The position numbers were made by a program, and so were the translations under genes. Source: Kudoa neothunni (Eukaryota; Animalia; Cnidaria). From it: a stretch of 64,000 nucleotides of DNA. Below the pieces are notes generated by a model. It had not been told where the DNA came from, ran no database searches, and worked only from the letters and a program-made list of their open reading frames with translations. Below are positions 27,641-42,178 of the stretch, piece after piece. Location: positions 2,782,430 to 2,846,429 of the forward strand of contig OZ199840.1 of assembly GCA_964304625.1 (NCBI GenBank), given 5' to 3'. Every line of letters begins with the position of its first letter. Position 1 is the stretch's first letter.

Positions 27641-27900
27641 TTAACCCTCAGAGGACAGTCTTGGGTTTCAAGAGCCCTCCTTTCCGTTATTTTTAAAATA
27701 AATTTTATTAATAAATTTGTTGTATTTTATGTATTTTTGACAGAATTTCGCCTAATTAAAAATAAATATTACTTATCGACTAATGTAATAAAATGGGAAA
27801 AAATTCCGACGAAATTACTCAAAATGTAACCAACTACTAACTTAACAACAAAATGATATAAAGGTGTAGCATAGGGCTATGGTTGTCCTCAAAGGGTTTA
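27641..27900. mobile_element. piggyBac-type MITE (~250 bp) upstream of Chk1
   Basis: TTAA-CCCTCAGAGGACA...TGTCCTCAAAGGG-TTTA imperfect TIRs. Confidence 0.65.
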
Positions 27901-28320
27901 AATAACCTTAACTTCAATTAAGCATAACTTTAAGTGTATTTGTATTTATCACCAGCATTAATAAAGCTATAAAAAAAGAATATACACAGCCAATTTATAA
28001 TTTTAAAAAAACTTGATGGTAACGTAGATTATCCACAGCAACTTCAAATAAGCTTCGAGTATTTATCGGATTATAGTTAAAGCTTTCCTATGATTAAAAA
28101 TCATGTTGACTTAATCTGATTAGCGGAACAATTAAAATAAATTTATATATTAAATCCGGATTAGTAATAAACTAAACTATTAATCAAAAATAAAAAGGAA
28201 TATTCAAACGAACTGCTAAGTTTTTTGTTTATTGCGGAAAAGGGGTTGGTAATGGATGTTTTGCGCGCATATCATTGTTGATTGTCATTAGTGTGCTTAT
28301 CAACAGCAAACTAATTGGTT

Positions 28321-30519
28321 ATGCTGGAAGAACATTTTTATGGTAATTGGTATTTTATTGACAACCTGGGTGAAGGTTCATTTGGAAAGTAATATCCTTT
28401 CGAACGCACAGGCGAATCACTCACACACGATTGGATTTTAGTGTGAGATTGGCTAAAGACAAAGAAACCAACGATTTGGTAGCAGTTAAAATAGTTGATC
28501 TCTCGAAAATTAAGGAGATCAAAGATATTGAAAGGGAGGTGATCATATTAAATTTGAACACACAAGAAATTCCAATATTTTTCATTTAGATATGTATTCT
28601 AAAATTGATTAATCATAGCAGAATTGTTCGTTATTATGGTCATCGCAAAGAATCTACGCTTTACTATATATTTTTTGAATACCTCACAGGCGGAGAATTA
28701 TTTAATTGGATAGGTATGGGATTGTGGTAGTTCTTCGAATACCACTAAAATATTTAATATAATCGCACGATTATATTCTTGATAACTATAGATCCTGGTT
28801 ATCCTATGGAGAATTCTCTTTGTTTCAGATTTTCATCTCAAATATTAGAGGCTATAGTAATCAGTTTCAACAAGTGTTGAGGTTGTAATATGTTGTTTAG
28901 AATTATTTGCATTTAGTTGGAGTAGCACACAGAGATCTAAAATTAGAAAACGTCCTTTTGGATGAAAATAGTAACTTTAATTGGCGAAAAAATTTATTCA
29001 ATATAAAAATAATTTAAATTATTATTTTAGATAATGTTAAATTGATCGATTTTGGATTGTCAACAATATTCCGATATAAAGGGAAAGAACGTTTTCTTGC
29101 TAAGATGTGTGGTTCAATGCCTTATACAGCTCCCGAGATTCTGTTATCAAAAGAATATCGTGCCCAACCAGCCGATATATGGTCATTTGGAGTGATATTA
29201 TTTGCACTATTTACTGGCGGTGATTATCTTCATTTGGCTGTTATCAATCAACTCCAAATATTATGAGTATTATTTTAGAGTTGCCATGGGATGCAGCTAC
29301 TGACGAGTCTGCGGAATTTCGTCGTTTTAAAGTTGGCCAGCAACCTGCGGAATCTTGGGGTCGTTTAGATCAATATAAGCTAGGTTTAGATTTTCATTTA
29401 ATTTTAAGGCGAGTTTTATTATACTTGATTAGATTTAATTACGCATTTATTTTGCGTAAGTCCAATTCAACGCTACACATACAAAGATGTGTGTGAGAGT
29501 TCGTGGTACAGATTGTGAGTTTTTGTTTGGATTTAAATGCACCTATTAATTTTGATTTATTAAGCTCCCAAAAGATGGAATCCAACATAGGTAAATATAT
29601 GTGCGCTTGTAATTACACAATGCTAATTATTTTTCTGAGTATAGCAATTGCAACAACACAATCTAGTGGAGATATTAACAGTTCGAAGTATTTTATTCTC
29701 GAATAGACTAGCCTGAATTAGAGTTATTGAATTAATTTATTATGTTACAGGTATGTGACAAATAGTCAAGCGCCTAGCAATCCAAGTAGCGGCGGAGTCA
29801 CTACATGTCTATCTCAGATGAATCCAACTACTGAATCGATTTCACTACTTTCCAATCATAGTCGATTCCCCAAGCAGAACGACATTGGAAATAATGCAGT
29901 GGATGCATTTTCTCAACCTATCAAGGCTGATGATTTGGTGGTGAGCCAAATGACCCAGGCCACTCAAACTTGTCAATCTACCCAGGTAAATTCTCATCGA
30001 CTTTATAAGTGTTATCGCATTTCAATATATATTAATTTGAAATATGTAGAAAACGATCTTGAACAATGTGGCTAGAAAAATGACTCGTTTCTATGTCAAA
30101 AATGCTTCGGATGAATTTCTCAAACAAAGCATTGTGGAAATTCTCGACAGTTATGTGCTACAATGGACACTTTTAAATGAATTTGGCGTATGGATTATAT
30201 TCATTTATTATGACTTTGCCTAATTGATTAACTATTTTATTAAGTTTTCTGTAAATGCGATCGATCGTCGTCGAAATCCATTGAATTTTAAAATCGAACT
30301 TCGACCTGTGTCATTACCGCCCTTAACATCTTCGAGCGAAACTAATCCGCCACCAGATAGCATTATTTTGGTGAATATAAAAAGAAACAAAGTAAATTAA
30401 ATATGAAATTTACAAAATTGATTAACCTATTATAGGGTGATGGAATCGAATTTAAAAAATTCTATCGACACATCAAGAATGACCTCAATCGATTGGTTAC
30501 ATGTGTGGATGTGATTTAG
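28321..30519 (+). CDS. CHEK1: Checkpoint kinase 1, about 14 exons
   Basis: Spliced: LGEGSFGNVRLA, VAVKIVD, YYGHRKE, EYLTGGELF, HRDLKLENVLL, DFGLSTIFRYKGKERFLAKMCGSMPYTAPE, ELPWD. SQ/TQ cluster (KYVTNSQAP, AFSQP). C-terminal KA1 domain RKMTRFY...DRRRNPLNFKI...KGDGIEFKKFY. 13 GT-AG introns of about 44-78 nt. Confidence 0.95.
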
Positions 30520-30613
30520 GTTTAGACTGTTTTCAATTTGTCAGCTTAGTTATTGTTTGTAAGTGTTTATTTGAGAGAGTCATTTTTTATAATTCAACCC
30601 ATAAAAGTAAAAA

Positions 30614-33600
30614 CTAAACAGTTGTGCTCGTAATAGTATAATTTTTTGGGTTGTTGAGAGTGGACGAATAGAAACCGTTTTGGTCGATTCGAGAAGCAAG
30701 CGAATTGTTATTGAGTTCGTTGGAGAGGGGTTTATCGTCACGGAGTAGTTTGATTAACTTAACAAGCGATTGTGTTATTTTGGCATCATACTCAACTAAT
30801 TGTTTCCTATGGTTAGTATAAAAAGATTGATAACTCTCGGGTGGTTGATCCTCAAAAATAGCCATTTGAGAAGAGCAGAATTCCTCACTCAATGATAAAA
30901 TGGCAAATATCCGCTAAAATACAATCAAGCTTACAAACAATAACAGACTCTATGTCTTACTTCAATTAGATATTCGTTGTTAAGCAAAAATCCGGCTATA
31001 CACTGAGCAAGGAAGTAACCGTGGTACTGTATAACTTGGTCAACATTTCTGACCTATATAAAAAGATTAAAAATTTGAAACTACTTAAAAATATGAGTTA
31101 GATGTTAGTGTAGTTACAATATTCTCATAAATAGAAAAAACTTCCTATTTTATCAAAAATATTTATAGAATATATTACGATAACACGTAAAAATAAATTG
31201 TATAATTTAAAATGGTGATATGTCTAATGTTCCAGTCTCCATTTTAACATTAAATTCTCTAAAATTATTTTTAAATTTTTCTTAAATCAATAAAAATTAT
31301 TGTAACAACTAGAAACTATTTTTTGAAAAATATTCAAAATATAGCGTCATGGAGATGTAATTATTTTCTCTTATTCATGTAAATTTTAAACGTAAAATAG
31401 GCATGACAAAGTTAAACATGTTTACATATTGTGAGTCAAGTTAAAATAAATGATAATTTTTACTAATATAAACAACTATTGAAGAATTATTAACTGAATT
31501 ATGTTATTAGAATGGGCGAAATGCTTACTTAGATGGTATATTTTAGATTCAGAAGAATGGTTGCTTAAATTAGATATAACAGTGATTTTAGTTTATACGA
31601 AAAGCTTAATTATGATAAATGTAGCATGTGGATTATGAATGTTGTAATCCACATGTTTAATATATTAAATTAATATTTTTATTAAGGTAATTAAAGCGAA
31701 ATTTAACGTTAAAAATAAGAAATAATAAAATTTAATTTATTATATTCATATAATTCTATTCATATGAGTGGTGATAAAATGAATATGATTTTTTATTATT
31801 AAGGTGGATAAATATTGCAATGACACATGCGAAAACCATACGCTGTTTTTAAAGTTGCGTCACAATGATACAACACTTGAAGATATGAATAAATAAACAT
31901 ATTTAAAATTAAACTTTATGATTATAAAACTTTTAGTTCATTACTATTAAAATAACAAAATAACTACTCAGGCTTTAGATAATTTATTGATATGTCGAAA
32001 TCAACGCCATAAACTTGATTTGAACGCAAAAGAAATTGTAAAAATATCTTGGGAAAATTCAAGACTAATTTTAAGAAGTACTCAGTGCGATGCATGCGCA
32101 ATGGAGAAATACAATGAAACCACGTTACATTATGAACACGAAATTTTAACTTTCTTAATATTAAATGGCAAGTTTTTCAATATTTGACTAAGTTTAATTT
32201 TAATATTTTAAAGATAATAGATGCTTCGAAAATTAAAGAATATCATTCTACGGAAGTAATAATAATTAAAAACACTAAATATTATAATAATTTTTAGTAA
32301 AAAATTACATTGATTGGGAAAAATTAGTGGTAAATATTAAATTAAGTAATTTCTTGCGCATGCGAATAATTTAAGTTCCGCCGTTTATATTCCAAAAATG
32401 CGCGTAAAATATAAAGGAAATAAATTTGAATAAAATTTCTAATTTCCGAAATGAACAAATTTTCAAATAATTGAGAGATATCTTATCCGTAACAATTATT
32501 TCAGTAACAATTAAGTAATTTAAAATTAATGCAGCAGATAATAATTGAAAGTAGTTTAAAAAAAGGATTAGTCAAAGTTATGGGGAATCTTAATATATTA
32601 ACGCACGCGCACTTTATTTATTTCTACCCGCTCAAATTTTTCAACTTGATAAATAACACATGTATCAATTTTTGAATTACTCACAATTTTTATTCAACCA
32701 AATGTATTTAAATAAATTAATCAATTTTTAGTCCAAGATCTACCTGAACAATCCTACAAAAATAAAAAATATTTTATTTAAAACACATACAATTAAATTT
32801 AATTAAATTAAATCAAGTTAAATTAAAATAAAATAAAGTATTGAGAGATTTAACACGAAATTTAATTGTTAATACAAATAACGCGCAGTGTATTACATTT
32901 GCTAGATGATACTCCAGATTTTGCCAGTTGGGTTCGATCACTTCGAAGGCTAAATAATACTCAAAAGTCTGTATGAAATGAAGCATTTTATTGTTGACAG
33001 AGAGCAGCATTTTGTAGAACATGAACCTAAACAAAAAAATGATAAAAGTGAGAAGATATCAATAATTAAAATTAACTACTCTTGAGGTGTATGGTAGGAT
33101 TTATTGAATTGTTGCTGCACACATTTTTCCCACAATCTAAAAACAACTTCATCGTCAAATTTATACCCATTTGAAATACTTGGTGTGAAGTCGTTCGACT
33201 CTTTTGACCAAAAAAATCAGCCTAAAAAGCATCTGGTATTTTATCAAGGATTTTCTATCCACCACCAACGACAAAGGCCAAGCAACATCAAAGTTGAAAC
33301 TAAAGGCCTCGTAGCCGAATACGGGAGTGTCGAGTGTTTTGGATTTGTCATCCCAGTTGGTGCCGATTGACCTGGCCATACTGTTTATACTGGATAGTTG
33401 AGTTCGGAGACTAGTAGGAAGTAGAACCACTCTACAGATTGAAACATTCTTATATGAAGACATAAATAAATCAATCCGACTTGAGGTCATCCTTATGGGG
33501 GTCACTGGCACACACACTTAACGAAAGTGCGATTTCAACAGAAGATTCCAAACGATGAATATTAACGTCTATTTGGCAATTTGTAATTATAGCATCACTC

Positions 33601-36600
33601 ACAACAACTAACCATGAATAATTTTTTCGAGTTCATTCCCCAAATTATCCATTAACAGCACGTAAAAATCTCCTTGGTCGAACATAAAATAATGTTTCAA
33701 CGATCTAATATATTAATTTTTTAAGTCATACATTAGTTACATTTAAATTTATGTGACTATTGGCTTGTATGTTTAAAATTTTTCTACTTATTTTTATTGT
33801 ATTTACCTTATTTATTATCACTCCTACTTAATTAATTAAAATTAATTTTTTTAAATATATGTTGAGATGAATAAATTCCTCGTATTTTAATATTTTAGCC
33901 GCCATCCGATGATTAACCTTCGAAATAGAGTGGGGTAGATTTCTACCCCAAGTGAATTTTGCCAACAATACTATAGTGTATAAATGGAACATAACTCCTC
34001 TAAATTGTTCGTAATCTTTTATCGTTACGAAAACTTTCAGAATAATGAGTTGAAATTTTTTTTATCACATATCAAAAAAGTTAATGTAAAAACACCTCTC
34101 AAATAAAATTATTTAAAATATTAATACATGCGATTTTTAATAATTTAAGAAAATTCTATCGAGTAAATAATGAATAAATAACGAAACACCATACACGCGA
34201 TGCCAACACGCATGCGCTCATAGATTAAGCATGTTGTTCTCTCATTATTTTTACACCAGTTATCCAATATACGACGACTTTTTATCAGTTTGCTTATTTC
34301 TACATAGTAGAAATAAACATCCCAAAACACATGTGAAAATTGTAAATCAATATTCCTAATTTGGTATTATGGAGAACATTAAAAAGAGATATAGTATAAT
34401 TGTTCAACCTTTTGACAAGTTTTGTGTTTTAGAAAGAAATTGAAAACGTATATAATAACTTATTTGTGAAATAAGCACTGTTTTCCATCATTTTATGTTT
34501 ATGCGCAGTTTTACATTGCGACGTTTAAAATAAGAAACATTAATTGTCAGCTGTTATAAATCTTGAATTAAATGTTAAAACTAAAAAATCGCGTAAATAC
34601 ACCTATTAATACAATCATACTCCCTGGAAATGTAACAAACATTATATGCGCGCATGCGTACATATAATATAACTTCAATAATTTGTTATTTATTCGAAAG
34701 TTCCGCATCATTTGTCAATAAATGTTAACTTTTATTTGGAAGGTGTAAAAATTTCAGCTACTTAAAAAATAAATACATCGGATGCTACATGGAATGAGTT
34801 AGAGTTTTTTTAACGAAATAGACATTTATCGGCAAAATGGTAGTTTAAATAGGGAAGTTCGATCAAATATACTTCGAAAACTTAGTCAAGCATACTTAAT
34901 TTTAAGTCTCCACGAGCTCACCTATGCATTAAAAGCTGTTTTAATTCTGTTAAACTTTGAATTTCACATATATTCATAAAATTTATCTTTCTTCTTTTAA
35001 TTAAATTTTTAAAAATAATATTTAATTTTAATCCTTTTTTGGATGTTTTAAATCCGCCGTAAAGAAGCAGATGTAATATCGCATTTTCTTTAAGAATTCT
35101 TGTCGTATCGCTCGATTTAGCGCTTATTTGTTTGAAGTGATTAAAATGTCATCACTTCAAAGTATAACGTTTGGCGAACTTAACGACTTCTGGAAAATTT
35201 AAACGCATTAGATGAAAGTTCAACGGATAAATTGAGTAATGAGCATATTTATTCAAAAATTCATAGTGATAAAATTGATATTTGTAATCCCTGGCTCCAG
35301 GAGTCCACGGTGATCCGCAGAGGGTTAATTAGATTCTAAAATTACAATTCAAAGTTTATATATTCGATACAATACTTAATAATCGAGGAAAATCAATTCA
35401 ATCAGATAAAAATGATTTCAAATTATAAATTTAATTTTAAAAAATATTAAGCCAACAAAATTAAAACTCTACAAAGTTTAGCAAATAAAAAGAATATTTT
35501 TTCAAATTTATAACGACCACTTTATACATACAGTATGTTTAATAAACATTCACGCACGCGCGAAAATCTCGATATAGATAATACTTATGAAATTTAATCA
35601 GAAATAACGCAATAATTTTTGTAATCCATTAAGTAATTGTGATTAATAAAAACTTAATATTTAAAAAATGTGAATTTTACGAATATTTATCTTCAAATTA
35701 ACTGCAAACAATTTAAGCCAATAGTCAAACTTGAACAAATTAACCTCAAATATGGCAATAATTTCTTCTCTTGGACCAACAACTGCAACAAACACGCACT
35801 AGCTTGATTGTGTGCATTTTCCACAATCGCCATGCAGGAACTGTATTCCTTGGTGAGTTGAATGGGTGAATTTGCATTTGTTTCACAGTCGAAATTTTTA
35901 TCTACGCAATATTGTTCATATCAACGCGCCAATCAAAATAACCAACCAAACTGTCTTATAACGTTTATATATTTTCCTGTGGATAGTATTTTATCTGCAA
36001 TCTATCAAACAACAATAATTTAAATTAAATCAAATTAAATAATTAAATTAAATCCAAGTGGACTTATGTAAAGATAAGCATATATATATATATATATATA
36101 TATATACAGGTTGAAGAAAGGATGGCGTTTTAGCCGAAGACAACACGTATTTCTTCTCCCAAAACACATCATTCAACTCATCTTCGACATTATTCACAGT
36201 GACATCATTACTCTCAACCATAAACTTTTGTTAATATTAATTTTAGCGAGTTAAAAATTTAAAGACCTCATCATAGGGATCATAGATTAATCCTTCGTGT
36301 ATCCACTTTTGAAGAGATTCAAAAAATGGTGCGCACGCTTTATCAAGTAAATAAGTGAACAGTTCATTCGATATCCCCGCGCTATAATTATTAATGTGAT
36401 TACACGCGTGAAATCATGTGCGCGACGTTTACCACTGAGAAAGTTGATAGGATTCGTAAAGAATATCGATCACTTTTTGAGCGGTTAAAGCTCCCTATTA
36501 TATATTCAAAATGTCGCGCGCGCACACATTTGAATTTATACTTTGGACAATTGTTTACATAACCGTTCCAGTGGTTGCAACTGATTAATGCAGCTGTGCG

Positions 36601-38394
36601 CATGTGTGGCCAAACATTGCAGCGTTAGTTGTTTCTAATTATGCTTTGCTTACAATTCGCAAAACCACCAAACAACTAACTTCTTTGTGCTGGCTTTCCA
36701 ACTCACAAATATATGCCATATACTCCCTGAGTAAAGTTTCAATTGCTTCAGATAACGCCTGCGCAACTCGACCCTCGTAAAGTGGAGACACATCTAGACG
36801 CACGCACAGTTTAAATTTCAATTCAATTTTCAACAATATTGAAATTACCATTTATAAAACTGGATATAGTTTGAAAAGATCCCACCAACGGAATCACACT
36901 TGATACTAGCTCTTTAATAGACATGTCTATTAAATATACAAGTGTTAAATGAGCCTGAGAGGAGATAATTAATTACCATACGAACTCGAAATTTTTAAAA
37001 CCCAAGCATTGTTTTCATTGAACAGATGAATAAATTTGCCTTGTATTCCCTGTGTAATAAAAAAAATAAGATGTTGAGAGATTAATAGAAATAGGCACTA
37101 TAAAAAGAAATAATAAGTCTTCAATTGCCATTATTTCTTGAATATTGATATCCACGTCTTTAAGTTGTTGCTTTAATATTGTCTATATATATTTAGATAT
37201 ATATATAATTTAATAATGAGTAAAATAATTAAATGCTCTAACAAGCGAGAATATAATACATTTGGGGTATTTCCCAAATAAAGTTGCTCTTCATCATCAA
37301 ATTCTATCAACTGATATTTCATGTATTTTCTCGCCATAAACCATGCAGGCAACTTTGGCATTTGCGTATGCTCGTGGGCATCGTCATGTTGTTGTTGATC
37401 GTCGCCCATTTTGATAGAGATATTCAATCTAGACATTTCTCTATCAATAGTGGTGGTTGAGGTGCGAGACAATTTAGGTCTGTAATGATGAATGGATGAA
37501 TCTCTCGATTGAATTTTAGTCTCAACTTGTGTGGAGCTGAATGTCTGCTCTTGATGACCTCCACTCTTAGAAATAGAAGACTCTTGCAGTGGAATAGTGT
37601 CTTCAGATTCTGGGATTTGCTTGGAATCCATAACCACTTAACACTTTTCTAAGTGGAATTTGGATGTTGATAATGAAGAAAAGTGTGAATTAATTAATGA
37701 ATCGAATTACGACTGCTCACGATACTAGAATCTTAAACTAACAAACTCACCTTTATTAGAGGTGTAGATTTTTTATATCGTTTCCATGATTGGTTGGCGT
37801 CAATTTCAATACCATTCACATCGTTAGGGTGATGCTCTGTTGTTATAGGAAGTGTCGCAGATGGAATATTTTGTTGAAGATTGACTACCGCATTTGTTCG
37901 ATTGTTAGTTGAGTTGTTGTTGCGATGTTCGTCATCCAACTCACTGCCCAGAACGTACAACAAATGCGGCTGATTTTGTATGTTCGATAGAAAATAAATC
38001 AACAAATTCGCGTAATGAATACTATATCGAGATCATTGTTAGAGGAGCTTAATGTCCAAAAATTACTCATCAACCAACAATTCTCGATACACACGACGCA
38101 ACTCCTTTTTATTGATCTCTCCTTTGGAACACAAACAGTTTATTGAATCACCCACCAAGTCCTTGTATTTATATTTTATGATATTAAAGCATTGCGAAAT
38201 ATCTGCAGTTACCACATCGTAAGTAAATGTACCAACATTCTCCAAAAGAATGTCAGTATATGTGGTCGAATCTGGCCCTCCATCCAATCTTAATTAACTT
38301 ATAATAATGCAGTTTGGTTTAAGTACTGCAAATTTGAAATTAGACTGTCTACAAGAGTTTGAATTTCCTCTCTTATCACCTCACTACTTACCAT
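30614..38394 (-). CDS. TUBGCP2: Gamma-tubulin complex component 2 (GCP2), multi-exon with two ~2-kb introns
   Basis: N-terminus MVSSEVIREEIQTLVDSLISNLQLDGGPDSTTYTDILLEN; IEDLLFLFIGIQGKFI; ACAPFFESLQKWIHEGLIYDPYDEFMVE; PSFLQPIADKILSTGKYINVIR; LRSLKHYFMFDQGDF; FDVAWPLSLVVDRKSLIKYQMLFR; FEVIEPNW. One junction near 37620-37750 could not be resolved by eye. Confidence 0.93.
33913..35328. mobile_element. piggyBac-like insertion(s) inside the large GCP2 intron
   Basis: TTAA-CCTT left end with GGGGTAGA-TT-TCTACCCC hairpin and AGGG-TTAA right end; the ends do not match beyond 4 bp, so possibly two elements. Confidence 0.45.
36080..36106. repeat. (AT)n microsatellite next to a GCP2 splice donor; similar tracts at intron 5 donors of family copies 1 and 2
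   Basis: Direct reading of the sequence. Confidence 0.9.
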
Positions 38395-39165
38395 TGGTGC
38401 AATTTTACAATAAGCTTGGGCCTGCGCACAAGGCGGGTTTATAGATTAGTTTAGTTTGTGTAGGTACTAATTCAATTTTTAGATGAAATATATATATTAT
38501 TGATTGAGAGAATTTTTTTGAATATCTAATGTTTCGATTGAGATGTATTTTGATTGTAAATTTTTGTTATACGTTCTTATATTTGTTGAGTTTCTGTTTA
38601 ATATTTTTTTTGAAGGTGTATTTGGAAAATATGAACTTAATTTTAAGGTCATTTATGCGTGTTCAGGGAAGATTAATAAATTCATTAACTTTAATATTGA
38701 GATATGAAGGGGACGGATTAAATATAGTTGAACTTTCCAGATTATTTATGAAATTTAAAAAATTATTTTCATAAATATAATTAGTTAAGGGGATAATTGA
38801 TAGATACAGCGTTGAATATAACAAGGAGAAATAAAATAAAGGTCTATTATAAAATGATAATTATGTTCTTATCAGTTTTGTTAGTATATTTATATTGAGG
38901 TGATTAATTATAATTAATATTTCTTAGATTGATTATAATTTTTAGGACGAACTTTAGGATTTTGATATTTTATACCTTAGTGGTATTATAATCACGTGAG
39001 GAAGAGAAATATTCATAAAAGACTAAAAATTTAATTATACTATATTATTAAAAAACAATATTAGTTATTTTAAAATAAAAATGTTTTGAAAATATAACAC
39101 TATTGGCTATATAGTCTAAATTTCTATAGTTGGATTTTAAGGTAATAATTCGTAAATGTGGGCGT

Positions 39166-42100
39166 TTATTTTTTCTTCTTGAAAACCACGAAACCAATAG
39201 CACCCATGATCATAGCTCCAATAGTCGCCACTGCAATTATTCTAAAACAATATTAGTTAAATTGTAGGAACATAATAAAGTAATACATGACCATGGTTTT
39301 AGAACTAAATGAAAAATTTATTTATTTTAAAAATATTAATTAATAAACCTTGAACTGCTTTTGGCTCCTAAAAGTTACAGTTTTAATTATTTTCGAAGTA
39401 ATAATGTTTTACCTTGCTCAATAGTGGCAGTCCCATAAATTGTTGGATTGATAGAACTGTACACAGTCAAGTGATAATTGTTGCCATCTGCTAATCCACT
39501 GATAGTGAATGATTTGCATGAAGGGTACGTTCTACACCCATTGTCATTTCGTCTCATGCATTTTTTAATAATTGCAATCGATTTTGTACTCGCGTTACGT
39601 AATTCCCACTTACATTTGGATTTTTCATTAAGACTAGATGGTAGGGTGTTTTCTATAACAAATGATTCACCATCCCTTGTTATGGTCACATATATTATTT
39701 TGTCGTTTTCTGTGGGATTCCCCTTTGGAGCAGCTATTTATTTTAAATATAATAATAATATCGAAAATATTTTTACTAGCTACTAAAGTAATTTCATTTC
39801 TCTCTGATTTTCCCACTGCAGTAATAGACACTTTATACTCTTCATTTGCATCATAGTCGTTGAATTTAATAGAACTGCACAATGGAAATGAGGAGCATGT
39901 GTTTGTATTGGCCGAGCTCGCAGTTGTATCGACTGTCGTAGTTGGAGTGACATCTGTATCAGTTTCAGTTTGAGTAATAGATTCAGCTCTTGCAATTTTT
40001 AATTCATTAATTTCTGATTTTAGACTTTGAATTTTACTGGTACTAGTTGGTTGTTGGTCGGGGTTAGAATTGGAGTCGGCTGGTGAGCTTGGTGGAGTAT
40101 TTTGAGTTTCTGGCACAGCTGCCGTGTCTGTGATGCTTCGCAGACGTAAACATCTTCAAACCTCTCATCTTTTTTTATTTGGATAGTATAATGGCAAATG
40201 GCTTCTGGGACTTTTTTGGACAATTGTGCATTTAATTCCAATCCTTGTTCAGTGTATTTTTGAGTTATTCTCAAGGTTGCCAGATCTAGATTGAGTTGAA
40301 TAAGTTAATATTTTGATATATATACTCGTCGTAACATTTTCATATATGTGTTCCTTGTAATCCTTATCAGCAATGACCTTAACGTCGTAAGAAGTATTTG
40401 GTTCAAGATCAACAATAGTTATTGATTCTCTACATCTTCCTCTACAGGGATTGGTTTCAGTACATTTAGCGGTGTAAAATGTATTTTTCCCAGTTGGACT
40501 TATGTAATACTCACAGTTTGGCTCATCTTTCTTATCAGTTCTTGCCGTATCTCCAATAGCTGTTAGTATAGTTGTTGATTCTGTTTTAGTAGGGGCGGCT
40601 GCTTGAAAACTTTTATTATCCTCATTATCTTGTAAATATTATTAGTTAAGTTAATATTAAATTATTAGTTATTACTTGTTCTTATAAGTATTTTTTCTTT
40701 GAAGGAAGCTGGATCTGTTATACCAGATTCAATTTCGATGATGTATGGTTTCCCTGCAGACAGCCCTTCAATTACTAGTTTTTCGCAACCAGTTTTGCAT
40801 TCGGCGCCGCTGCCATTATCAGTCTTTTTAGTGGCCGTGCTACATTTAGTGATTGATGCAGCGTGTTTAATTTTGTCAGCAGAGTAGTGCTTGAGCGTAC
40901 AGGTAGAAAATGTGGTCCCAGACCCTTGTTTTAAAAATGTTCCGTCAAAAGATACACCTTGCTTGGTATAATCTGACAATAATACGTTTTCAGTCTCGGA
41001 TATTGCTAAATAATTTATAAGTTAACACCGAATTAAATAAATTACGAAATTTATTTTGAGAAAACCCATCTAATTCACTAATAGAAATTTTTGAAAGATC
41101 GTGATTTCTGGTTTGAATTAGAACATTATATATTTCTTTTTCTGCAGTTAGAGTAAGCTCAACGTCTTTGCATGGTGCGTAACACTTTCCTGCAGTATTT
41201 CCACACTTTGATTCAAAGGCATCACCCGATGCTGCACTTTTAGCGTCCTTAATACCAAAAACACAAATCTCAGACGATAATGATAAATCTGTGAATTTAA
41301 GACCAACTTGATTAGGAGCTCCTGTCTTTTTAATCACATAATACTGAGGCTCGTAAATGGCCATGTTATCCTTCATATATACATTTGGCATATTATAGAA
41401 AAAGCTTGGATAATTCACACATCTTATTTCGTAATGAGGAACCAATAAGTCAAATTCAACGTCGTTATCTCTGTTGTCCTCGTCACATGTTCCTCCAGCG
41501 GTACCCGCCTTGAATTGTGCGTCTTTGTAATGGATGGGACATGCAACTGGAGGGCAAGTTTTTGATAGTAGTTTCAATTTTTGGTCATTTTTAGAGATTT
41601 TAACCTGAGGATTTACCAATAATGCTAATTTAAATAACTAAAATTATTTATTTAAAGTTAATTAGATTACGTATTGCCAAACCAAACACTTTTCCACCTT
41701 TTGGATAAGTCGCCACATTAGCAGCGTTCTCTTCAGTATTATCATATACATATATATATTTTGTTCGTGGGGTAAGTTTATCATAAGGAACTTTACTACC
41801 TTGACTATTGCATGCAATTACGCATTTGTTATTATTATTGGTAACATATCCAGGGCACTCAGTTATTTCTCCATACGCGGCTGCTTCTGTCGATCCACCC
41901 ACGTTTGCTGCTGTATTGGATATCAGTATACGACACTTTTTTCCATCGCCATAGCTTGATCCGACAAGTATATGTTTTACTTTATTTGATTTACTGTCAT
42001 TATCGTATTCAATTAGGTATTTGAGTGTGGCTGTGGGAGTAGAAGTAGCTGTAGATTCAGGCACTGTTGCATTTTTAATCATACAAAAGAATGCGATTTG

Positions 42101-42178
42101 AATGACTAATAAAAATTCATGATTGATAATAAGAAAATAAATACATAAGAGGCAATGCAAAAATTTATCCATAGTCAT
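39166..42178 (-). pseudogene. Variant surface protein family copy 3 (1-nt deletion in exon 6; pseudogene, truncated form or sequencing error)
   Basis: Same exon structure; ACA CCG GCA of copies 1/4/5 reads ACA CG GCA at ~40124, splitting exon 6 into two ORFs. Confidence 0.75.

Noticed and set aside
3131-38394. Functional clustering of XPD, Chk1 and GCP2 as a genome-maintenance module driving family recombination
   Set aside because: Three genes with no shared regulatory evidence; chance linkage is sufficient.
3131-38394. Alternative genetic code or non-canonical introns to explain fragmented ORFs
   Set aside because: Every junction I resolved is GT-AG and restores the standard-code frame.
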